44,733 nt of DNA, taken from the NCBI GenBank assembly GCA_964530955.1, contig CAZHCL010000007.1:1-44733 (forward strand). The letters are read 5' to 3'. This document shows, piece by piece, positions 37,573-44,733 of the stretch. The notes beneath the pieces are model-generated. The model searched no databases and had not been told where the DNA came from. It worked only from the letters and a program-made list of their open reading frames with translations. Numbering within the stretch: the stretch's first letter is position 1; every line of letters starts with the position of its first letter. The position numbers and the translations under genes were made by a program. Source of the DNA: Candidatus Woesearchaeota archaeon. GTDB taxonomy: Archaea > Nanobdellota > Nanobdellia > Pacearchaeales > GW2011-AR1.

Positions 37573-38283
37573 ATGGAAGATGAGCTGAGGAAAGCTGATT
37601 TGACTGAGAATGAGGCTAAAATTTATCATTCGATGCTTGAGTTGGGACCGAGCAATGCCGGAGCCATAGCAAGAAAAAGTGGATTGCATAGAAGAGTAGT
37701 CTATGATACTCTTTACAGGCTTATCAAGAAAGGTCTTATAGGTTATATTATGCAGAATGGAGTGAGACTTTTCAGGGCTTCTGATCCTAAAAGAGTTCTT
37801 GAGATAATAAAAGAGAAAGAAGAGGCATTGCTTGAGATTATGCCTAGGATGGAAGCTCTATTTAATGAAAAAAAGGAAAAAGAGGAAACAAGTTTTTACA
37901 AGGGAAAGAATGGTCTTAAAACTGTTTTTGAAGAACAAATTAATGCTGGAAAGGAAATTCTTGTTATTGGTGGCTCCCCTTTAGCTTATGAAGTTTTACA
38001 GTTTTATTTTAAATGGTATGACAAAAGAAGAAAGGAAAAGCATGTAAAGACCAGAATAATATTTCATAGGACAAATAAAAAGTTCAATGTTCCCTATGCA
38101 GAAATAAGGTATCTTCCTGCAAAGTATGCCTCTCCTGTTGCCATAAACATATATGGAGATAAGATTGCACTTATTTTATGGAGCAAAGAGAATCCTTTTG
38201 CGGTCGTAATAAAGAACAAAGAGATTGCTAATGGCTATAGAAAGTATTTCGAGCTTGTCTGGAAAAGCTCTTCCAAGGGTTAG
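37573..38283 (+). CDS. TrmB-family transcription regulator
   Basis: LTENEAKIY..MLELG..NAGAIARKSGLHRRVVYDTL.RLIKKGL, SFYKGKNG, INIYGDKIALI; ATG 37573 preferred. Confidence 0.88.
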   Translation: MEDELRKADLTENEAKIYHSMLELGPSNAGAIARKSGLHRRVVYDTLYRLIKKGLIGYIMQNGVRLFRASDPKRVLEIIKEKEEALLEIMPRMEALFNEKKEKEETSFYKGKNGLKTVFEEQINAGKEILVIGGSPLAYEVLQFYFKWYDKRRKEKHVKTRIIFHRTNKKFNVPYAEIRYLPAKYASPVAINIYGDKIALILWSKENPFAVVIKNKEIANGYRKYFELVWKSSSKG

Positions 38284-38297
38284 AAAAGGTTTAAAAA
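38283..38297 (+). promoter_or_regulatory. BRE/TATA promoter of rpl15e (leaderless)
   Basis: GAAAAGGTTTAAAAA ending 21 nt before ATG 38319. Confidence 0.7.
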
Positions 38298-38318
38298 GCA
38301 ATTCTATTATCAAGAAGA

Positions 38319-38891
38319 ATGGCGAAGGGAGTTTATCACTACATAGGCGAGATTTGGAAAAAGCCTACAAGACAATTGCTTCAGACAAGATTAATTGAAT
38401 GGAGAGCTGGAGGCAGCATAGTAAAAGTAGTGAAACCTCTTAGACTTGATAGAGCAAGAGCACTGGGATACAAGGCTAAAAAGGGTTTTGTTGTCTTTAG
38501 AGTAAGAGTAAAGAGGGGCGGAAGAAAGAGAACAAGACATAAGCACGGAAGAAAAAGCAGAAAGCAGCACGTAAGAAAGATTCTTAAGATGAATTATCAG
38601 TGGGTTGCTGAAATAAGAGCAGAGAGAAATTATCCTCATCTTGAAGTGCTTAATTCTTACCAGATTGGAAAGGATGGAAAGAACTATTTCTATGAAGTTA
38701 TCATGATAGATCCTCAGAGACCTGAGATTTTCAAGAGCAAGGATATGAAATGGATAGCCAAGCCTGAAAATCAAAACAGAGCTCAGAGAGGATTGACTTC
38801 TTCTGCAAGAAAGTCCAGAGGATTGAGAAGCAAGAGTCCAAATCTTAAAGTAAGACCAAGCTTAAGGTCATGGCAGAGACAGGGTAAGTAA
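38319..38891 (+). CDS. rpl15e: 50S ribosomal protein L15e
   Basis: LRLDRARALGYKAKKG, RVRVKRGGRKR, EVLNSY..G.DG....YEVI.IDP motifs. Confidence 0.95.
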   Translation: MAKGVYHYIGEIWKKPTRQLLQTRLIEWRAGGSIVKVVKPLRLDRARALGYKAKKGFVVFRVRVKRGGRKRTRHKHGRKSRKQHVRKILKMNYQWVAEIRAERNYPHLEVLNSYQIGKDGKNYFYEVIMIDPQRPEIFKSKDMKWIAKPENQNRAQRGLTSSARKSRGLRSKSPNLKVRPSLRSWQRQGK

Positions 38892-38928
38892 TTTTTATTT
38901 ATTTTTAATTAAATTATTGTGTTAGAGA

Positions 38929-39117
38929 TTAATTTTTATTTCTTTTCAATAAAATTATATTAAGAATTAAACCTATAACTGCAACTCCAGTTATTATATA
39001 ATTATAGTTTAGGACCTTGCTCTGGGCAATACCCTTAAAATTCAAAATCATATTAACTATACTGTAAAGTCCAGCACCAATCCAAAAACCTATTCCAAAC
39101 TTATTCATTTCTCTCAT
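38929..39117 (-). CDS. Small two-TM membrane protein, 62 aa
   Basis: Two hydrophobic segments and a basic C-terminus; fills the gap after topA in the same orientation. Confidence 0.5.
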   Translation of the reverse strand: MREMNKFGIGFWIGAGLYSIVNMILNFKGIAQSKVLNYNYIITGVAVIGLILNIILLKRNKN

Positions 39118-39151
39118 ATATTAGCTAGGATAACCTTCATTATAAACTATC

Positions 39152-41560
39152 TTATTTACTTCCAGAGTATTTTGCCAGCTTTTTGCTTTCCCACTCAGCG
39201 CGTTTTGCTTTCTCTAGTGGGCAGTCGGGATTAAAGCAGAATTCCCAGGGTCTTTTTCCTTTTCTTATTGCAAGAAGCTTTGGGAAGTTGTCTGCTTCGC
39301 ATGTTTTATTTGCTTTTTTTATCAGTGCGTTTGGAGGCAAAGAATAGGTTTGTCTGCAATTAGGATAACCTGAGCAGGCAATGAAATACCTTCTAGTTTT
39401 CTTTGAGTACATTATTCTTAAAGGATTAGTTTTGCAGGTTGGACATTGCATCAGTGTTGCTGACTCTCTGTCAACGCTTCTCTGGTGCTCTATTCCTTTA
39501 AGCAATTCCTGCCCAATGTTTAATTCATGAACTTTAAACTCTTTGGAGATATCTGTAATAAGTCTTTTTGCTTTTTCAATGACTTCTTTTTCCTTTGTTT
39601 CGAGATTTTCTTTGCTTTCCTGAATATTTTGCATTTCTTCTTCTAACTGACGAGTAAGATTTTCATCTATTATTATGGGAGAATATTTGCTCAATGCATC
39701 AATAAGTCCAATTCCTAGAGTTGTTGCTTGTATGCTCTTTCCATCAAGATATCCTCTATCGAAAAGAGTTTCAACTATCATAGAACGTGTTGCCTTAGTT
39801 CCTAAGTTTTTCTTTTCTAAAATAGATACAAGGGAGGCAGGAGTGTATCTATTAGGGGGTTGAGTTTCTTTCTTAGTTATTTTAATTTCATCAATCTTTA
39901 CTTTTCCATTAAAGTCGGGAAGGACATTTTCCTCTAATTTTATAGGGTAAAATGAGGTCCATCCCTTATCTCTTATTTCTAGGCCCGATGCAACAAATGT
40001 TATTATTGTCTCTTTCTTTTGGGAATCTTTTTCTCTAGTTTTACTTTCTTTTTCATCCTCTTCCTCATCATCTGACTCTTGAGTCTCTGCTTTGCTTGGT
40101 TGTGTTAAATATGTGATAGTTTTTCCTTTTTCATCACAGGCGGTAAGAATTATTCTTTTGTTTGAAGTAAGAGCATCATTTGAAAAGCAGGCAATAAATC
40201 TTTTTGCTATAATATTATAAAGTTTTTCTTCTCTTCCTTCAAGACTTTTATATTCTCCTGTTGGATAAATTGAGGGGTGTGCAGGATCTGCTTTCTTTCC
40301 TTCAACTGGCTTTTCCCTTGTTGCAAATTTTGCTTCTGGGAAATGTTTTTCAAGCATCTTCAGGATTTTTTTAGGCTGAATTTCATTTGGTATTTTCTGG
40401 GAGGATGTTCTTGGATATGAAATAAGTCCATCAAGATAGAGCTTCTGCGCTACTGTAAGCGTTTCTGAAGGATTCATCTTGTATAATCTATAGGCTTCTC
40501 TTTGCAAAGTTGTTAAATCAAAAGGAACTGGAGGAGATAGCTTTTCTTCTGTTTTCTTTGTTTCTGCAATTGCTTCTTTTATTCCTTTAAACTTAGGAAG
40601 AACGGATTCATCAAATATGCTTTTTGGATGGAGAAATTCTATTTCTCTTGACAATGCTACTGCTTCCCAGTAAGGTTCTGGTTTAAATGAGGAAATTTCT
40701 TTTTCTCTATCTACAATTATTTTAAGAGCAGGACCTTGCACTCTTCCTATACTTAAAATCTTGAATGAACCAGTCTTCTTTATTGCAGACATAAGCGCTC
40801 TTGAAAGATTTATTCCGTAAAGCCAGTCAAGAATATGTCTTGTTTCTCCTGCATATGCGTTTCCCCAGTCAAGTTCAGGCATTAGATTATCATAGGACTT
40901 CTCCAGTTCGGGAGCAGTTAATGTGGAGTATTTCATTCTTTTTGCTGTCTTTCTGTTGCAGATAAAGCGAAGAACATTCCAACCAATAACTTCTCCTTCT
41001 ATATCATAGTCTGTTGCAATTACTATCTCTTCTGCTTTTCTTGAAAGTTTTTTGAGTAGGTCAAGATATTTTTTTGTGAAAGATGATTTTTCTTTATGAT
41101 AGGAGGGCTGCCATTCAAGGTCAAATATGGGCCAACCTTTCTGGCCTTCTTTGTAGGTAAGATTAAACAGATGTCCTACTGCTGAAGCAACAAGTATATT
41201 TTTACCTAGTCTTTCAACTTCATAATAGGAAACTCCGAATTCTGATATTTTTCTCGCATTTCCGAGTGCATTAGCAATTTTCTGCGCCGCCTGGGGCTTT
41301 TCAGTGATAATAAGTATAGAATCTTTTATGGGCGCAGATACTTTAGTGTTTATTTCTGCACTCTTTAGGTTCTTTTTAGAACTTGGTCTTTTTCCCTTGT
41401 TTGGTTTTTCTTTTTTTGGTTCTGATTCCAGAAGTGATGCAGGAGAAGGCTTTCCAGGCATCTCAACAGTTGTTAACTGCTCTACGCTTGGCTTTTGTGC
41501 AACTCTCTTTTCTACTGTTTGTTTAGGTTCTGTGAACTGAATAAATTCTTTTACTGACAT
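39152..41560 (-). CDS. topA: Type IA DNA topoisomerase with C-terminal Zn ribbons
   Basis: IITEKP (TOPRIM), AVGHL, ATDYDIEGE, SIGRVQGPAL, GLISYPRT (catalytic Tyr), LGTKATR, CPTC..CSGYPNC. Confidence 0.95.
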   Translation of the reverse strand: MSVKEFIQFTEPKQTVEKRVAQKPSVEQLTTVEMPGKPSPASLLESEPKKEKPNKGKRPSSKKNLKSAEINTKVSAPIKDSILIITEKPQAAQKIANALGNARKISEFGVSYYEVERLGKNILVASAVGHLFNLTYKEGQKGWPIFDLEWQPSYHKEKSSFTKKYLDLLKKLSRKAEEIVIATDYDIEGEVIGWNVLRFICNRKTAKRMKYSTLTAPELEKSYDNLMPELDWGNAYAGETRHILDWLYGINLSRALMSAIKKTGSFKILSIGRVQGPALKIIVDREKEISSFKPEPYWEAVALSREIEFLHPKSIFDESVLPKFKGIKEAIAETKKTEEKLSPPVPFDLTTLQREAYRLYKMNPSETLTVAQKLYLDGLISYPRTSSQKIPNEIQPKKILKMLEKHFPEAKFATREKPVEGKKADPAHPSIYPTGEYKSLEGREEKLYNIIAKRFIACFSNDALTSNKRIILTACDEKGKTITYLTQPSKAETQESDDEEEDEKESKTREKDSQKKETIITFVASGLEIRDKGWTSFYPIKLEENVLPDFNGKVKIDEIKITKKETQPPNRYTPASLVSILEKKNLGTKATRSMIVETLFDRGYLDGKSIQATTLGIGLIDALSKYSPIIIDENLTRQLEEEMQNIQESKENLETKEKEVIEKAKRLITDISKEFKVHELNIGQELLKGIEHQRSVDRESATLMQCPTCKTNPLRIMYSKKTRRYFIACSGYPNCRQTYSLPPNALIKKANKTCEADNFPKLLAIRKGKRPWEFCFNPDCPLEKAKRAEWESKKLAKYSGSK

Positions 41561-41619
41561 GTTATTTATAGAGGTGATAATTGTTTATATACTTATTTTA
41601 ACTGCTTTATTGGACTTAG

Positions 41620-42234
41620 TCAGATGTCAATAATTTTTCCTTCCCTGCCTACATTAATTACTCTTGTTTTTCCTATGTACTCTTCAAAACCAGATGCTTC
41701 ATGGATATGACCATGTAAGAGGATATCTGGTTTGAATTGTTTTATTGCTTTGGTAACTGCATCTGAGCCTCTTATTCCTGAAAACTCTGATTTGCTTCCA
41801 GATGGGTGCATATGAGTTACCATTATTTTCTTTTCAATGCCTTTTAATCCGTTATGTGCTTTTTTGAGAGTCTCAAATAATTCTTTTTCTGTTATATGTC
41901 CTGGGAACATGGGTAGATCTTCTGCTCCACCTGCCCCAAAAAAGCCCACCCCATCATATTTTACAGAGTAGCCATGTATGTTCCTAATGTTGTAAAGTGA
42001 TGCCAGGAAGTCTGCCGTTGCGAATGAGTCATGGTTTCCAGGTATAATAAGGACTTTCTTGTTTCTGTCTTTGAATGGTTTGATTAAATTGGAGGTTTCT
42101 GACCATCCCACTATATCTCCACACAACACAACTATGTCTACATTTTCCTTTTCAGCTCTCAGAGCTAATTTTTTGATGAGTTTTGTGTCTCCTTCTACGT
42201 CCGAGGCTGCGAGTATTCTGAGTTTTTTGGCCAT
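41620..42234 (-). CDS. Calcineurin-like metallophosphoesterase (Icc-related)
   Basis: SDVEG, LCGD, PGNHD, THMHP and GHIHE motifs. Confidence 0.85.
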   Translation of the reverse strand: MAKKLRILAASDVEGDTKLIKKLALRAEKENVDIVVLCGDIVGWSETSNLIKPFKDRNKKVLIIPGNHDSFATADFLASLYNIRNIHGYSVKYDGVGFFGAGGAEDLPMFPGHITEKELFETLKKAHNGLKGIEKKIMVTHMHPSGSKSEFSGIRGSDAVTKAIKQFKPDILLHGHIHEASGFEEYIGKTRVINVGREGKIIDI

Positions 42235-42307
42235 TTTAACTTCAATGCAATGGGATTAAAAAGCCTTTGCTCGGCATCTTTAAATAGATATTTTGTCTTC
42301 TTTTATA

Positions 42308-42874
42308 ATGCATAAAAAAGGTGGTTGGGCTTTGGGACTCTCTATTGCTCTTGTTGTTATTTTAGCGGTTGGAGCATTTTTGTTTTTCGCGCTTTATCAT
42401 TTCTCCTATGATTCCATATATCAGCAAAGGTATTCTTCTGGGGAGATTGTCAATCCTATAAATGGACTGACGAGAGAACAGGCAATTTCTCAGTTTAACG
42501 AATCTTTTGTTTACTATCTGCTTTATAACATAAAAGCTTACAATTTACATCCTGCACCTTTAAGCTCGGCGCCTCCAAGAATGGAAATTATTGTTGATTC
42601 GGACACTTACAATGCCGAAGTATCAAAAGGAGAGATATATGTTTCTGCTGGGGAGATTGTAACTAAAGATATTATAATAAAAACTACTAAGGAAGAGGGA
42701 GTTAAGATGCTTGAAAATAGTTCTTACATCTCTGAATCTTTTTCTAGTGGACTTTCAAGTATTCAAACAGTTGAAAGCAAATCAACTTTGTTTGGAAAAG
42801 GATATCTTAGCATTTATAATCAACTTACTGGGAAAAGCATAACAGGGAATATAATAAAAATTTATAGAGGATAA
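42308..42874 (+). CDS. Membrane-anchored protein with a possible class III (prepilin-type) signal and an SCP2-like C-terminal region, 188 aa
   Basis: MHKKG-GWALGLSIALVVILAVGAFLFF; later MEIIVDSDTYNAEVSKGEIYVSAG...DIIIKTT resembles SCP2-fold strands; ATG 42308 preferred. Confidence 0.6.
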   Translation: MHKKGGWALGLSIALVVILAVGAFLFFALYHFSYDSIYQQRYSSGEIVNPINGLTREQAISQFNESFVYYLLYNIKAYNLHPAPLSSAPPRMEIIVDSDTYNAEVSKGEIYVSAGEIVTKDIIIKTTKEEGVKMLENSSYISESFSSGLSSIQTVESKSTLFGKGYLSIYNQLTGKSITGNIIKIYRG

Positions 42875-43028
42875 ATTTATTTTAATCTGTAGTCGTAATT
42901 TTCAAGTGTAATTTTTTAATAAATTGCTACTTTTTTAGATGACATTTGTCAGAAAGATTTAAAAGGCAATATAATGGTTAAAATATATATCTTGCATCAT
43001 ATGTTATGAATGCTTATATAGAAACAAA

Positions 43029-43295
43029 ATGAAAGACAACTTCGATATATTTTTCAGGAGAAAGCCTGCCTTGCTTTTGGTAGCCTTGAAGAGAATGGCT
43101 CGTGCGAGATATGGAAGTGTTCTTGCAAAAGAAGTTGATTGCACATATAGTCATGCAGTAAAGATTCTTCAGAGCCTTGAGAAGCTTGGATTGGTAGGTT
43201 TTGAGAAGCAGGGACGTATAAAACTCATAAAATTGACAAAGAGAGGTCAGGAAATTGCTGACAATATTGAGAATATCAGAAGATTGATTGGCTGA
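43029..43295 (+). CDS. Winged-helix DNA-binding protein (MarR/ArsR-like), 88 aa
   Basis: LAKEVDCTYSHAVKILQSLEKLGLV.FEKQGRIK.I.LT.RG pattern. Confidence 0.85.
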   Translation: MKDNFDIFFRRKPALLLVALKRMARARYGSVLAKEVDCTYSHAVKILQSLEKLGLVGFEKQGRIKLIKLTKRGQEIADNIENIRRLIG

Positions 43296-43324
43296 TTTTA
43301 GTTTTTAATTACTTAATATTTTTA

Positions 43325-44086
43325 TTAATTAACAATCTGAAAATTTATAGAAAGAGGTTTATATTTTCCTGCTTGTCTCAATAAGATTGGATAAACAACT
43401 TCTAACGTATGTTTTATTGGAAAACTTCCTTTAAATTCTCCACTTTTTTGTTCTATGTCTTTTCCCATTAATTCTCCAAGAATCACTCCTCTGGCATTAA
43501 AACTATCTTTATCTCCTGCTTTTTTAGCTGAATAACTCCACTTGCTGCCGTCAGACATAAAAGCAGTTCTATTGTAATAAACATTAGGTATCCATTTACC
43601 ATTTTTGAATTTCATAGGTGGATGAATTACTGTATAGGCGCTTGTTTCTGGTAATTTAGATAATAGTCCTCTTGGATAATAGTATTGTCTGCCGTTTTCT
43701 GTTCTTTTAAGATAGTCTTCCGGTAGAGCAGAATATTCTAAAATAGGCATAGGTTCATTTGTTATTGAAAGATTCATAGGAACTTCATCATTAAAAGTTT
43801 CTAAGAAATACTTTTTGTGTGCGTTCAACCAAGTCATTCCATTCTCATCATTCTTTAGTATATCATTTAAGTCAACTACTGAATCTTTGAAATCTAAAGT
43901 TGTTTGAAATAAGCAGTAATCAACAAATCCCAGTTCTTGGAGTCTTTTTACATCAATAACTCTTCCAAATTCAGTCTTTCCATCTTTTATTCTATATGCT
44001 GGCTCAAATCCTCTTACTGTCTTTCCTGATCTATCTGCATCTAAAAATTCTCTTTCTAAAAAGCTAACTGTAATTTTTCTTTCCAT
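43325..44086 (-). CDS. Hypothetical protein, 253 aa
   Basis: Start reassigned to ATG 44086 because the track start lies inside the tRNA; no family recognised. Confidence 0.65.
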   Translation of the reverse strand: MERKITVSFLEREFLDADRSGKTVRGFEPAYRIKDGKTEFGRVIDVKRLQELGFVDYCLFQTTLDFKDSVVDLNDILKNDENGMTWLNAHKKYFLETFNDEVPMNLSITNEPMPILEYSALPEDYLKRTENGRQYYYPRGLLSKLPETSAYTVIHPPMKFKNGKWIPNVYYNRTAFMSDGSKWSYSAKKAGDKDSFNARGVILGELMGKDIEQKSGEFKGSFPIKHTLEVVYPILLRQAGKYKPLSINFQIVN

Positions 44087-44167
44087 ATCTATTTGACAGA
44101 ATAAGGCTTCTGGTTTGCCAACACCTCTAAATTTCAATTTAGTTCTATTTTTAAATCTTATTGTAAA

Positions 44168-44242
44168 TGGCCCCGACGGGATTTGAACCCGCGACACCTG
44201 GATTAAGAGTCCAGTACTCTAACCGGGCTGAGCTACGAGGCC
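44168..44242 (-). tRNA. tRNA-Lys, anticodon CTT, no intron, CCA not encoded
   Basis: GGCCUCG/CGGGGCC acceptor stem, GCUC/GAGU D-stem, CUGGA/UCCAG anticodon stem with loop CU-CUU-AA, GCGGG/CCCGU T-stem with UUCAAAU; 75 nt. Confidence 0.95.
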
Positions 44243-44290
44243 TTATTAGTTGTATAAGAATTATGTTTAAAAACATATTTAAAAACGTAT

Positions 44291-44689
44291 CTAAGCGACT
44301 TTGGCAGGCATCCTAACCTTAGGAAGCAGTTTCTCAATAGATATTCTTAGTTCATCTATTCCAAATGGCTTTGGCAAGACCCCAACATAAGATATATCTC
44401 CGTAGGTTCCTAAGTTTCTATCATTCCCAGTAACTATCAATGCAGGAGTGTAATCTCCTTCTTCGCGCAGTTTTCTTAATGCATCCGAACCATTCATTCT
44501 AGGCATGTTGTCATCAGTCATATAAAAGTTATGTTTTTTCCTCCTTGCTTTTTCAAGAAATTCGCCACCGTCAGCGCATAGGTCAATAACTGGAAGGTAA
44601 CTCTCTCTAAATAAAGTTAGTACTAATTCAGAATTCATGAATCTTAAGTTATCTTTGTCTTCAGCAAATAATATGTTAAATTGAGTCAT
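44291..44689 (-). CDS. Stand-alone response-regulator receiver (CheY-like) protein
   Basis: ILFAED, TDDNMPRMNG (phosphoacceptor Asp), VTG and KPF motifs. Confidence 0.9.
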   Translation of the reverse strand: MTQFNILFAEDKDNLRFMNSELVLTLFRESYLPVIDLCADGGEFLEKARRKKHNFYMTDDNMPRMNGSDALRKLREEGDYTPALIVTGNDRNLGTYGDISYVGVLPKPFGIDELRISIEKLLPKVRMPAKVA

Positions 44690-44733
44690 AAAATTCGGTC
44701 TTAAGAGGCCTACTTAAATCTTTACATTTTTGA

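Noticed and set aside
37498-37689. 63-aa minus-strand ORF
   Set aside because: Overlaps the TrmB gene start and the divergent promoter; no coding signal.
42984-43020. Imperfect AT-rich hairpin upstream of the wHTH gene
   Set aside because: Needs bulges and overlaps TATA-like sequence; too weak to call an operator.
6215-44197. Numerous 60-175 aa ORFs antisense or out of frame within long genes (e.g. 6215-6427, 9004-9501, 12187-12519, 15571-16481, 17124-17651, 25277-27343, 31245-34563, 38391-38774)
   Set aside because: They overlap well-supported genes, lack motifs and translation signals, and read as shadow ORFs.
43296-44242. attL/attR duplication of the tRNA-Lys 3' end
   Set aside because: No second copy of the tRNA 3' sequence was seen in the window.
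1-44733. CRISPR array, transposase, integrase or prophage
   Set aside because: No regularly spaced short repeats with unique spacers and no recognisable mobile-element proteins; the repeats found are intragenic or promoter-sized.

Overview
Chromosomal window (no mobile element or CRISPR array seen) from a small-genome DPANN archaeon, most likely Pacearchaeota-like. The archaeal call rests on ribosomal proteins L7Ae, S28e, L24e and L15e, a type 2 IleRS, TrmB regulators, tRNA-Lys(CTT) and BRE/TATA promoters; the finer assignment is inference. Bacterial-type genes are mixed in: gyrB-gyrA, nrdR-nrdJ, iscS and a CheY-like receiver. The left end carries a giant (>2450 aa, open at the window edge) LamG/beta-helix surface protein followed by two membrane-anchored Ig-like proteins. 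The most striking locus is 9.9-14.7 kb. It has two coupled genes for signal-peptide-bearing, C-terminal-Phe proteins that look like Gram-negative outer-membrane beta-barrels (one TorF/Gcw_chp-like), divergent from an AbrB-PhoU regulator across a 26-bp symmetric operator-like site. Next to them is a membrane-spanning Ser/Thr kinase whose outer domain resembles a degenerate lytic transglycosylase. Regulatory elements read directly from the DNA include tandem NrdR boxes downstream of an archaeal TATA box and a kink-turn that buries the Shine-Dalgarno of rpl7ae. All family assignments come from motif recognition by eye; no searches were run.
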